Below are positions 24,179 through 36,766 of a DNA stretch of 47,947 nucleotides, in pieces; position 1 is the first letter of the stretch, and every line of letters begins with the position of its first letter. Origin of the DNA: Octopus bimaculoides (taxonomy: Eukaryota); assembly GCF_001194135.2 (NCBI RefSeq), contig NC_068994.1, forward strand, positions 58,387,678 to 58,435,624, in the 5' to 3' direction. The notes beneath the pieces are model-generated. The model saw only the letters and a list, made by a program, of their open reading frames with translations, had not been told where the DNA came from and did no database searches. The translations under genes and the position numbers were made by a program.

Positions 24179-24380
24179 GTAAGTTGATATTTTACTTTCT
24201 TTATTGAGGCACATGGTGTTGTTGTTGTTATTGTTGTTGTTGTTGTTGAAAGTGATGAAGGTGGTGGAGATGGTGGTGGTGGTGGTGGTGGTGGAGGTGG
24301 TGGTGGTGATGGTGCTTAAGTTGATGTTAATGTATGTAGTTATGATGTATTGTACGTGTAAATATAGACAGACGGACAGG

Positions 24381-24448
<68 letters not shown>

Positions 24449-24479
24449 CGGACACACATTCGATTTCTTCCAGCGAGCA

Positions 24480-24640
24480 AAGAAGAAGGATATACTCCAC
24501 GTACTTGAGTGGCACTTTATTTATCGACCCCAAAAGGATGACCGGTAAATTTGACAAGTTTGAGCTCGGAAGGTGGGGTGGGGGGAATGCTGCAAAGCAT
24601 TCAGTTCGGTGCCTAACAACATTGCCAATTGACCAATTCT
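24480..24640 (-). mobile_element. SINE family A copy (diverged)
   Basis: tttatcgaccccaaaaggatgaccggtaaatttgac. Confidence 0.65.
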
Positions 24641-24999
24641 CTCTCTCCCTCTCCCTTTCTCTCTCTCTCTCTTTTTCTTTCTCCCCCTTTCTCTCTCTCA
24701 CACACGCCACGCACACATATTTTAAGTAATAATTTTATATTCGGTTATACACCTTGTAGTATGCAATGTAAAGCTCGTACACCGTACTCGGCTACCTGAT
24801 GTCAACAACAGTATGGAGTTATATGTTACTGGGTTTACTTGAGGGATTCTTTTGTGTCCGCAGAGTTTATGTAAAAAGATCAGGGACAGAAAATGGAATG
24901 CACAAAACCCTTCATTCAAAACCGCTACAATTGTTTCAATTCATCATATACCCGTACCTTACAGCTGAGATGCTGTATAATCGTCAGGTGTCAAGTATG

Positions 25000-25165
25000 G
25001 CTGCATGATGGGCTTCTTTCAGTTTCCATCCATCAAATCCACTCACAAGACTTTGATCGGCTCAAGGGTATAGTAGAAGACACTTGCCCAAGGTGTCACA
25101 AGGTGGGACTGAACCCGGAACAATGTGGTTGGGAAGCAAGCTTCTTACCACACAGCCACTCATAC
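25000..25165 (-). mobile_element. SINE family B head/core
   Basis: Reverse complement of the 45708 head. Confidence 0.8.
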
Positions 25166-26705
25166 ACACACACACACACGCACACAGATAGATAGATATA
25201 TATATATAGAGAGAGATGGATATGTTTGGTATCAACGACAGATTGTTTCTTCTGGATATTGATTGATTCATGTATAAACCGATGAAAAACACACATATAC
25301 ACATACACATGCACACACATATACACATATCTTTAAGTGGGGGCTAAGATATTTTATGTAATGATTTCCTAAAACACATTTTACTAATTAGAAGGATACC
25401 CTTAATGAAGAGAAAAATTATTAGCTTTTGAAAATTCGTTGTTAGCAACAGAGGCAGTATTAGTTAAAAATGGCGATCTGTATATCATACTTGATGTGGA
25501 TATAATGCAAAAACGCCATAATACTGCGATATTCGTCTTGAGTAAATATTTCATGTAGATGAATAGTGCTAAAAGCATAAAAGTTTATCAGTAGCAGACG
25601 AAAAGCATCCAGCAGTGGCGGTGGAATTGCTAAATCCCGGGATTTCTGTGTACATACGCGTCATCAGTAATAAATATCACTCCTTGATCACCGTATGCTT
25701 AGACAAGTTCCGTCTCCACTGTTTTAGCTTCAGATCATAATTCTTGTCATGAAAGACAGGGAAGGCAACTCAAAGGTTCGAACTGATCAGAATGTGAATG
25801 AAAAAGAGAGAAGCAGTGAAAACCGAAACTGGTGCTTTGAAAAGAGACGAAGACGTTTCCTCTTTATTGGACCTCAACAGCGAAATATGGTGTTCCTGGT
25901 ATTTAACAGACCTTAGAATAAAGGAGAGGAACAATGTTTTCAGAGGAAAACATTCATGAATTGAGTGTTTTAAACTCGTGATGCGGGAAAATGTCCCAGG
26001 TGTGCCCTCTACGTCAAGAACATAGAGTTAAGACCTGGCTAACACATCTCATGTAGTGAGTCACCTCCCATCAGATTTTTTAATCAATTAAAATTATATT
26101 TGTAATGAAAAGAATGAAATCAGGAGACTTTAATGATAATTATTGTGAAGAAAGGCATCGTTTTACAGAAATCCAATGACAAATAAATACACGAAGAGGC
26201 GAAGGGGAGATTAACTAAATTAAGAAAGAAGCAGGTGGACTGTTGTCTTAACCATGACATCATACGCAGTTGGTATACCTATAAACAAGTCACACCACTC
26301 ACCTCCTCCATTGAAACCCCGCCATCAAATCTATTTATTCTCACAAAATATAAGTTTCGTTTGAAGGGTAAAAAGCAGCAGCAGGATGGAGAGGGTGACA
26401 CAACACGAAGCAGCCAAGGTGTCTCTTTATCCCTTAGGGGTTAAGATTAGGGAGAGATTAAGCTAGTCTTTATTAAGTTACCTACAACCTCTTCCCAGCT
26501 TTACTGAAACTACGTCATTGACACACCACCACCCGACCTTCGTCTCTGCTACCCTCACCACAATGTCTCCGCCATCACCCTTCTCTCTCCATCCACCCAC
26601 CCACCCCACTAAGGAAGATGTCAGCCGAAGGAAATGGAGGCGGGGGGTGGGGGAATGGTGTTCGTGTTTGTCCTTCAAATGTAACCGCTCCTTATTTAGA
26701 ATTTA

Positions 26706-26900
26706 GGCGCAGGCGTAGCTGTCTGGTAACAGGTTTGCGGTTCGTGTACGCATGACTCTGAGTTCAGTCCCACTGTGTGACGCCTTGGACAAGTGTCTTG
26801 TACTGTAGCCATGGGCCGACCAAAGCCTTGTGAGTGGCTTTGGTAAACGGAAACTGAAAGAAGCTCGTCGTGTGTGTGTGTGTGTGTGTGTGTGCGTGCG
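26706..26900 (+). mobile_element. SINE family B head/core
   Basis: ggcgcaggcgtagctgtctggtaac...gagttcagtcccactg...ccttggacaagtgtctt. Confidence 0.8.
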
Positions 26901-27289
26901 TGTGTGTCATAGCCGACAGAGTGCCACGAAAAGTCATTGTTAGCTGAATGGAGTAGAGACCATCCTAGAAGCGGTAGGTAGGAGTAGACACAGTGAGTTT
27001 GTGATCCTTTTGTGTTGCTAATGGAATATTTGCAAATCAAAGTATTCCTTATTCTTTAAGATGAGGATATATTCTGATTCCGGTGTTTCTTTGGTATGGT
27101 CACCGGGACCAAATGCCTCGTGCGAAGGTACCACCTTGTGGACATCTTTTGGCAGCTGCTAAGGATGTGGGTGAGATTCTTATTTACTGGTTTAACTCAA
27201 TCGACAAATTCTATCACTACGTGGGGGTCTAAGACTTCCCCATCTCTCCTTATTACAGCTCTTGCATCGCAAAGCCATATCTTTGTTGT

Positions 27290-27440
27290 GGAGGCGCAAT
27301 GGCCCAGTGGTTAGGGCAGCAGACTCGAGATCGTGGGATCGCGGTTTCGATTCCCAGACCGGGTGTTGTGAGTGTTTATTGAGCGAAAACACCTAAAGCT
27401 CCACAAGGCTCCGGCAGGGGGTGATGGCGAATCCTGCTAT
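27290..27440 (+). mobile_element. tRNA-derived SINE family D (5' part)
   Basis: A box TGGCCCAGTGG (27300-27310), B box GGTTTCGATTCC, then gtgtttattgagcgaaaacacctaaagctcc; no pairing acceptor stem, so not a true tRNA. Confidence 0.7.
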
Positions 27441-27605
27441 AATCATTCTGGTGGTGGTGGTGGTAGTGGTGGTGGCAGTAGCAGTGGTATAATGATAATG
27501 ATGGGAGAGGCGGTGGAAGTGACGGTGAATTGGTGGTGTTGGCGACGCTGGTTGTGAAAGATGGGGTAGGTGGAGGAGGGAGGGACGAAGAGTAAACCCT
27601 ATTTT

Positions 27606-28382
27606 NNNNNNNNNNNNNNNNNNNNNNNNNNNNNNNNNNNNNNNNNNNNNNNNNNNNNNNNNNNNNNNNNNNNNNNNNNNNNNNNNNNNNNNNNNNNNNN
27701 NNNNNNNNNNNNNNNNNNNNNNNNNNNNNNNNNNNNNNNNNNNNNNNNNNNNNNNNNNNNNNNNNNNNNNNNNNNNNNNNNNNNNNNNNNNNNNNNNNNN
27801 NNNNNNNNNNNNNNNNNNNNNNNNNNNNNNNNNNNNNNNNNNNNNNNNNNNNNNNNNNNNNNNNNNNNNNNNNNNNNNNNNNNNNNNNNNNNNNNNNNNN
27901 NNNNNNNNNNNNNNNNNNNNNNNNNNNNNNNNNNNNNNNNNNNNNNNNNNNNNNNNNNNNNNNNNNNNNNNNNNNNNNNNNNNNNNNNNNNNNNNNNNNN
28001 NNNNNNNNNNNNNNNNNNNNNNNNNNNNNNNNNNNNNNNNNNNNNNNNNNNNNNNNNNNNNNNNNNNNNNNNNNNNNNNNNNNNNNNNNNNNNNNNNNNN
28101 NNNNNNNNNNNNNNNNNNNNNNNNNNNNNNNNNNNNNNNNNNNNNNNNNNNNNNNNNNNNNNNNNNNNNNNNNNNNNNNNNNNNNNNNNNNNNNNNNNNN
28201 NNNNNNNNNNNNNNNNNNNNNNNNNNNNNNNNNNNNNNNNNNNNNNNNNNNNNNNNNNNNNNNNNNNNNNNNNNNNNNNNNNNNNNNNNNNNNNNNNNNN
28301 NNNNNNNNNNNNNNNNNNNNNNNNNNNNNNNNNNNNNNNNNNNNNNNNNNNNNNNNNNNNNNNNNNNNNNNNNNNNNNNNNN
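27606..28382. other. Assembly gap (N run)
   Basis: Other gaps: 4285-4738, 5581-5590, 29822-30646, 34184-34782, 39894-39903, 42396-42408. Confidence 1.
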
Positions 28383-28509
28383 AGTAGTAGTAGCAGCAGC
28401 AGCAGCAGCAGCAGTGGTGATGGTTACAGTGGCAGTGATGGCGGCGGCGGCGGCGGTGGTGTGAGCGGAGCCGTTGTTGTTGTTGTTGGTATAATAATTG
28501 TATACAATC

Positions 28510-28692
28510 CGTGGGGAAGGTGGATAGTCGATTACATCGATCCCCAGTGTTTCACTGGTACTTAATTTATCCACTCTGAAAGGATGAAAGGCAAAGTCGA
28601 CCTCGGCGGAATTTGAACTCAGAACCTAGCGGCAGACGAAATATCGCTCAGCATTTCGCCCGGCGTGCTAACGTTTCTTACAGCTCGCCGCC
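28510..28692 (-). mobile_element. SINE family A copy
   Basis: Reverse complement of the 22519 copy. Confidence 0.85.
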
Positions 28693-29102
28693 TTCAGATG
28701 TGCGATATTGTGTGGTAGTAAGGGTATATTGTGTCGCTGTGTGGTTGGGAGGACACGCATACATACATACATTACTCCTTCGCACACAAGCTCATTACCA
28801 CCTTTGCCTCCTCCACCATATCTCCCTAGTCTTTTCACAGTCATCCCCTCATCCTACCTCAATACATTCATCTAATAATTTGGACTTCCACAAAGCTAAT
28901 CCAGGGGAAACAACTCTACAAGTCTTCGCTCTGTCAAAACTTTTTTAGCTTGGTCGTTTTTTTTTTCCTTTGTTTTTATTTCTAATGACACCCATGTTAT
29001 GGTTTAATTGCTCCTTCATTCAAAAGCGCCAAGGATATAAATTACCAGCCATCCATGGGATCTAGTTTGTCAACCAAACAGACTAGATGCCATCCATGTC
29101 TG

Positions 29103-29134
<32 letters not shown>

Positions 29135-29423
29135 ATTATTCTTTCCGTTAAGAAAAGGTAAATTGTACATAAAATAGTCCCGTAACGTATTGGTCTCGTG
29201 TAGTGGTCAACACTTTTTACAACCATGTAGTTTCGGATGGAGTCCCACAACAGGACATGTTGTGAGTGGATTTGGTAGACAGAAATTTTAGAATCCTGTC
29301 GGATGTGTGCGCGCGCGTGTGTGTGTGTGTGTGTGTGCATGTGTGTGCGTGCGTGTGTATGAATACCAAAATGCCACAGTTAACTTCCTTGGTTCGTCTG
29401 CTTATTTTGTTGTTCAAACGAAT

Positions 29424-29728
29424 AGGATGAAAGGCAAAGTCGACCTCGGCGGAATTCGAACTCAGAACAAAATACCTTTAAGCATTTCGCCTGACGTGCT
29501 AACGATGCCCACAAGGGGCTAAACATAGAGGGGACAAACAAGGACAGACAAAGGGATTAAGTCGATTACATCGACCCCAGTGCGTAACTGGTACTTATTT
29601 AATCGACCCCGAAAGGGTGAAAGGCAAAGTCGACCTCGGCGGAATTTGAACTCAGAACGTAAAGACAGACGAACTACCGCTCAGCACGTCGCCCGGCGAG
29701 CTAACGTTTCGGCCAGCTCGCCGCCGCC
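29424..29728 (-). mobile_element. Two tandem SINE family A copies (partial plus near-complete)
   Basis: aaaggcaaagtcgacctcggcggaatt occurs at about 29430 and 29621. Confidence 0.85.
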
Positions 29729-30751
29729 TTTTGTTTCGTAGTATATTGAACACGTTCAGGCGGCGAACTAGCAGAATTGTGAGCGACGCCGGGGAAAATG
29801 CATTGCGGCATGTTTTTCATGNNNNNNNNNNNNNNNNNNNNNNNNNNNNNNNNNNNNNNNNNNNNNNNNNNNNNNNNNNNNNNNNNNNNNNNNNNNNNNN
29901 NNNNNNNNNNNNNNNNNNNNNNNNNNNNNNNNNNNNNNNNNNNNNNNNNNNNNNNNNNNNNNNNNNNNNNNNNNNNNNNNNNNNNNNNNNNNNNNNNNNN
30001 NNNNNNNNNNNNNNNNNNNNNNNNNNNNNNNNNNNNNNNNNNNNNNNNNNNNNNNNNNNNNNNNNNNNNNNNNNNNNNNNNNNNNNNNNNNNNNNNNNNN
30101 NNNNNNNNNNNNNNNNNNNNNNNNNNNNNNNNNNNNNNNNNNNNNNNNNNNNNNNNNNNNNNNNNNNNNNNNNNNNNNNNNNNNNNNNNNNNNNNNNNNN
30201 NNNNNNNNNNNNNNNNNNNNNNNNNNNNNNNNNNNNNNNNNNNNNNNNNNNNNNNNNNNNNNNNNNNNNNNNNNNNNNNNNNNNNNNNNNNNNNNNNNNN
30301 NNNNNNNNNNNNNNNNNNNNNNNNNNNNNNNNNNNNNNNNNNNNNNNNNNNNNNNNNNNNNNNNNNNNNNNNNNNNNNNNNNNNNNNNNNNNNNNNNNNN
30401 NNNNNNNNNNNNNNNNNNNNNNNNNNNNNNNNNNNNNNNNNNNNNNNNNNNNNNNNNNNNNNNNNNNNNNNNNNNNNNNNNNNNNNNNNNNNNNNNNNNN
30501 NNNNNNNNNNNNNNNNNNNNNNNNNNNNNNNNNNNNNNNNNNNNNNNNNNNNNNNNNNNNNNNNNNNNNNNNNNNNNNNNNNNNNNNNNNNNNNNNNNNN
30601 NNNNNNNNNNNNNNNNNNNNNNNNNNNNNNNNNNNNNNNNNNNNNNTATATATATATATATATATATATAACTACTTATACAACTTCTATGTAGATACAT
30701 TCACATAGCTCCTTACTTAATACACATACACACGCACACAAACCTAGAACG

Positions 30752-31868
30752 ATGTCAAACTACTTTCAATATGAAATAGAGTGTAAACTCGAAGACTTCG
30801 TTTCTACAAATTCCTCGTTGACCGTTTTGTTACAAGAATCGGAGCCAAAGTCGTCGACCACACAATATATTCTAGAAAGGATGGAATCATCTGTAACTGA
30901 CCGTCAGGATTACTCGACAGCTGTCGGAGAAACTAAAAATGGGATTTACGAAGAAGAAACGACCAAATGTAATGACATACCTGACGGTCAAGTTGCTGTT
31001 GTCGAAATTTCTGGAACCCCATCACAGTCTACAGATCAGTTGGAAGCTTTAGCTAGTGAACATGTGGCCTACTCGGATGACACAGAAGACATCACGGATG
31101 AGAACTCGCTCGACGTGTTGGACAACTTTGCTTCGGACGGAGAAGAGACGGAAGTGACCGGAAGTCTTCCTGATATCCTTGACAACATCATCGAAACTAG
31201 TTATCTCCTAAAAGAAGATTATTGTGACAGTATTGATCAGGATATGGATTACAGTAGTAGGAAACACCACCTGACATCTGATCTTTTGACAGAGAGTCGA
31301 CAGGACGACGAAGGCGTTACAAAAAATGATGCTGAGGCCCTAACGAGGTTGGAAAACTTGAATGCTGATATGACTATGGTTACAGAATGTGATAAGTTGC
31401 AATGTGATGAGGCCAATGACGAACCACTCAGGCATCTCGATGCCACGAAACTGTGCAACGAAAATGGATCAAACAGCTGCAATAGCGAAGAGGATAATAG
31501 CAGTTACAACACCAGTAACATGAGAAACAATGACGATGGTGATGAAAGCAGGAGTAGGAACAACGAGGATGACAGCATCAAGGGCAGTGACGATAACAAC
31601 AACAGCAACAACAACAATAGGGAGAAAAGTAACAGCCAAAACGGTGATGAAGAGGAGACCACCACCACCAGCAGCAGCAGCAGCAGCAATAATATCAGAA
31701 ACAGAGATCCACTTGAAAGAAATGACACGAGTTCAATTCCTGCCCAGAGAATACGTCGGGAAATGAGCAAAGAAGAACGACAGATGCTGATAGACAAGAT
31801 GATATCACTACAAAGGAGTACAATTCAAGCGAACAGACGACACAGCTGGACTGGCAGCTTAAAGATAG
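30752..31868 (+). CDS. Large coding exon of an unidentified gene: acidic D/E/S/N/T-rich, probably disordered, ending ...RREMSKEERQMLIDKMISLQRSTIQANRRHSWTGSLKI
   Basis: Stop-free non-microsatellite frame of 372 codons; ATG with A at -3; ends at ATA G|GTAAGT perfect donor (phase 1); no family recognised. Confidence 0.75.
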
Positions 31869-32036
31869 GTAAGTCTCAACATCTTTCATATCTGATGGTG
31901 AATTTGTGTTGTGTTTTTTAATACAATTTTACCGAAAGAACATCGCCAACATTCGACACTGTCCATTTGTTCCATTGCTTCATTTCTACACAATTGCATT
32001 TTTGTTTTGTTGTTGTTTTCTGTTCCTGTTTCTACC

Positions 32037-32917
32037 CAGGGCCGGTTCAAGGTACCGGCAACTCAGGTCTGTACGCCACGTGCTAGTGGCCCGGGACGCC
32101 ATGTGCTAGGGGGCGCTAAGGAGGTCGTGACAGAGACAAGGAAATTTCCACGACCGTCAGCTTGTACACGCCGGAGTTCAGCTTGCCCGGGACGCGAAAT
32201 ATTTTTCCCACGAGTGTTCAGGACCCCAGTAATGAACTCATTTGCGTACAACCCATCAGAGCTCACCCTGAAACTCCACATACTATGTACTGCTACAGTA
32301 CAGCCAGTCCGGCATCGAATGGTGTATGCCACTGTGTGAGTACAGCATAGCAGGTCTCACATAAGCACCACATTCTCCCCCCCCCTTGCACACCACCTTC
32401 CTAGATCAATTGAGCACCATGTCTATATGGAGCTAACATTAGGTACCTATGCTCAAACTAAGATTAGTGATACTGCATGTACCCATGTACCCAAGGAGGG
32501 CGCAATACGACACAACGCCATATTGATTACGATGTTTCCAGATCAACACCAACATTTTAAATTAGGAATGTACAAAATCCGTCAAAACATTAGGAAACTA
32601 AACTCATTTACATTTTCTAGTAAATTACGCAAATTGGCAACACTTATGGCATCATCGGTGAGCAGCCCTCCATTCACTTTATACACTAAATTTCACATTT
32701 GACACCCCTATTAACCCGTTTACAGCAGTTCGATTTTGCTACAAAGCACATTTTCCACTGAACTCAACCAGAGTATTTTCGTGAATGGGTGGACACTAGT
32801 TTGATAGTTGAGTTCTGATTGACTGTAATGCAAATGAGTTTATAGCTGGGGTCCGGAAATCCCGTGGGAAAAAATTTTTTTTGCGCCCAGGGCGCCAGCA
32901 ACCCTAGGACCAGTTTG
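32037..32917. mobile_element. hAT (Tip100/MER45-like) non-autonomous element
   Basis: Left end CAGGGCCGGTTCAAGG; right end ...GGCGCCAGCAACCCTAGGACCAG; 5' part recurs at 35340-35510. Confidence 0.6.
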
Positions 32918-35339
32918 GTTTGTTTAAGTGACTATAACCTAGCGGTTCGGTAAAATGAAGGCGATAGAATAAGTACCAAATTTTTAAAATGCAGAAGGGT
33001 TGATTTGTTTGGCCAAACCCTTCAAGATGGTGCTGCAGCGTGACCACAGTTAAAAGACAAAAAATAGAATGAATACATTTCATTAAGCGCAGCTTAGTAT
33101 TATTCCAGATTGACAAATGTGCCAGAGCAGCTCTTAATGGCCACGACCCGCTGACATCATTCGTGGCCTTGTGAGGTGTCGACAGCCATATATGGAGGAT
33201 TTCGTTTTCTCAAGATAGGTTGGTGCAGTGTAATGTCTTCCCATGCCCGAATGTACGGGAACATGTCATACATACATACATACATACATACACACATACA
33301 TACATGCATACAAGTATACATACATACATACAAACATACATACATACATAGTCATACATACATACATACATACATACATACTTACATACATACATACGTA
33401 CGTACGTACATGTATGGCTGCATGCATGAATGTATGTACGTGCTTACGTACATACGTATATACATACATATCTTTATATGCATACAAACGCATACGTATT
33501 TGTGTGGATGGACAAACACTCGATCGTATATTGAAATGTTTCCAATATAAATCGCAAAGCGAACGGAAAGTCCTCAATATTAAAAGAAGTTGAGGAAAAT
33601 ATTTGATAAATTTAATATATCGAACCTGCGACGTCCAAAGTCATCAATACAATCAGAAGCGATCCGTTGTGCGCATGCGTTGAGAAGGAAGTGTGGTCTT
33701 GACGATAATGATGATGGTGCTGGACAAGGTTAAGAGGATGATGGTGTTGGTGGAGTTGATGAATGAAATGATTAAGATGATGGTGATGGTGATGACGATG
33801 ATGAATCTCCTGCTTAGAAGTTTTCATCATTTCAACTGTGTACAGTGTTTTGCTCCCCTAAGTCCTTTGGATTAGATATTATCTCAGAAAATAAAAGATT
33901 AACAACAACAATAACAACAAATATCATAAGATTGTCAAAGCTGAACAACAACAAAAGCGGCAGAAAACAAAAGGACATTAAAAGACAACATCGCTAGGAG
34001 CAACATCATCAACAACAACAACAACAACAGCAGGGAAAACGGTAAAATACCTTTTAAAGCTAAGTAGAACAGCCCTTGCAGGAGGTCTTCTTGTTGTTGG
34101 TGGTGGTGGTGGTGGTGGGATGATGGTGGTGGTGGTGGTTGTGATGGTGGCGGTGGCGGTGGTGGTTATGGTGGTTGTGATGGNNNNNNNNNNNNNNNNN
34201 NNNNNNNNNNNNNNNNNNNNNNNNNNNNNNNNNNNNNNNNNNNNNNNNNNNNNNNNNNNNNNNNNNNNNNNNNNNNNNNNNNNNNNNNNNNNNNNNNNNN
34301 NNNNNNNNNNNNNNNNNNNNNNNNNNNNNNNNNNNNNNNNNNNNNNNNNNNNNNNNNNNNNNNNNNNNNNNNNNNNNNNNNNNNNNNNNNNNNNNNNNNN
34401 NNNNNNNNNNNNNNNNNNNNNNNNNNNNNNNNNNNNNNNNNNNNNNNNNNNNNNNNNNNNNNNNNNNNNNNNNNNNNNNNNNNNNNNNNNNNNNNNNNNN
34501 NNNNNNNNNNNNNNNNNNNNNNNNNNNNNNNNNNNNNNNNNNNNNNNNNNNNNNNNNNNNNNNNNNNNNNNNNNNNNNNNNNNNNNNNNNNNNNNNNNNN
34601 NNNNNNNNNNNNNNNNNNNNNNNNNNNNNNNNNNNNNNNNNNNNNNNNNNNNNNNNNNNNNNNNNNNNNNNNNNNNNNNNNNNNNNNNNNNNNNNNNNNN
34701 NNNNNNNNNNNNNNNNNNNNNNNNNNNNNNNNNNNNNNNNNNNNNNNNNNNNNNNNNNNNNNNNNNNNNNNNNNNNNNNNNNTGTTTATGTCCCTGCAAC
34801 TTAGCGGTTTGGCAAAACATGACTGATAGAATACATACCAGTCTTAAAAAAAAAAGTAAAATAAGAATTGGGGTTGATTCATTCGAATAAAAATACTTCT
34901 AGGTGGTGCTCCAGCATGACTGCAGCTTAATGACTAAAACAAGTAAAAGATAAAAGATGCTACCCCCCACCCGCCACCCCTAAACGGCTGACACTTTATT
35001 TTTGTCCAGACAACTTTATACACCCAGCCAACCTGTTAGACACACTCCCACACAAATGCACAGAAAGAAAATTCTACAGCTTTACAATAATAACAGAAAC
35101 AACCCAATCCTAACCCGACCACCACCATCGCCCACGGTGCACATACCTCTGAGCTGACGCAGACGTTATATATACGTGAAAGGTTTGTTTGGAAGGCTTG
35201 AACCTGCTGGAAATAGCAACTAAATTGCCTGATACAGCACCTTGCCATCTTAAATAAAAAGGGAAACAAACCCCAGCAGATAATGTAGTACTAAATACTG
35301 ACGAGGGAGCTGAATGACCATGACTGGAAGATCTACCAC

Positions 35340-35510
35340 CAGGTACCAGCAACATCAAGGTACCGACAACTCGGACAGTCACCCAGAGCAGCATGCGCTA
35401 AGGGGTGCCAAGGAGGGCATCACAAAGACAAGGAAATTTCCACAACTGTCAGCTTGGACACGCCAAAGTTCAGCTTGCTCGGGGCACCAGCATCCCTAGG
35501 GCCGGCCCTA
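35340..35510. mobile_element. Short deletion derivative of the 32037-32917 hAT element
   Basis: Shares caaggtacc..caactc, gacaaggaaatttccac..gtcagctt.acacgcc...gttcagcttg; ends CCCTAGGGCCGGCCCT. Confidence 0.65.
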
Positions 35511-35784
35511 AATACAACCACTTTAAGTCTCCCGGATTGAGTTTGTACTTTGATTATACAAGCAACAACAACAAAAACACAGCACTAATGGTATCAACAT
35601 TAACAACAGCCACCACAAGTTTTAAACTTTCATAATCCAGGATTAAGTCACTGGTTACGATGAAGAACAAAGCTTGTCAGCAATCACAATAAAGGATTCT
35701 CTACAATTGAATGAAGTTCTTTTTCGTTAGCGCTAATGGTACAACGTACACTTTACTTACACACACACACATACATACATACAC

Positions 35785-36612
35785 ACAAATTATGCGAAAA
35801 TGAAAATAACACTGACATCTCATTTTAACAGATATATTTACCAAAATTACATTAAAATATTTTGAAATACTGAAGAGTAAATTTATTCAATAAAATCGCC
35901 ATTGGCTTCAACCACAGCCTCCAGACAACTTTGGAATCTCCTGCAACTCTTCTGGATGGTCTCCTTGTTTAAGTTGGTGAATGCTGCCATAATCCTTGCT
36001 TTCAATTCACCTTTGGTCTTACAAGGAGTTTTGTTGGTCTCTTGCTCAACTGCACTTCACAAATAATAATCAAGGGGGTTGCGGTCTGGGGAGCTAGGTG
36101 GCCAGATGTTAGGAGTGATGTGGTCGTAGAAATTGTCTGATAGCCATTCCTGGGTTCTCCTGCTTGTGTGGCAGGGTGCAGAGTCCTGTTGCCAGACACA
36201 GGGCCTTCCAGCAGCCACCCTTTTGACCTAGGGCAGCACTACCTCCTCCAGGTACTTGATGTAGGCCTCCATGTTGAGTGTGAGGCTGTGTGGGAAGATG
36301 AATGGAGACATAACATTGCCATCACTAGTGATCACTCCAAACACCAGGATGTTGACTGGACGTTTGATTTTTATCACTCTCGGTACATGTCCCCAGAAAC
36401 CTTCATATTGGAGCTTCCAGTGCAAATGCCAAGCAGTACAACATGTCATTTCCAAATTTCTAGTAGAATGAACTGTGTCATGGTGCTGGTTTTCTCACAG
36501 ACAGTGCCCAGCTGACCCTACTATACTGTGTAGTTGACAAAATCAAAAATAAACAATGCGCATGCATGAAATTAATAGTATAAAATGGTGACAATTTACC
36601 CATGGCAACCTC
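35785..36612 (-). mobile_element. Internally deleted DD37D (maT-type) transposon
   Basis: WQQDSAPCHTS...WPPSSPDRNPLD (37 residues between D and D, counted), C-terminus EAVVEANGDFIE* ending at 35883; two W-to-stop changes; 5' end homologous to the copy at 20697. Confidence 0.92.
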
Positions 36613-36734
36613 TGTGTGTGCGTGTGTGTGTGTGTGTGTGTATCTTCTGATTCTGGAGTGTTACCATACACCTCCAACCCATCCTCCCCCCCCACACACA
36701 CACATACACTGGCTGAAACATAAGAAAAGCATCT

Positions 36735-36766
<32 letters not shown>

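Noticed and set aside
27290-27365. tRNA gene
   Set aside because: A/B boxes are present but there is no pairing acceptor stem, and it continues into SINE body sequence
27393-30708. Long 300-390 aa ORFs (also 4118-4846 and 33978-34890)
   Set aside because: They span N gaps; the length is an artefact
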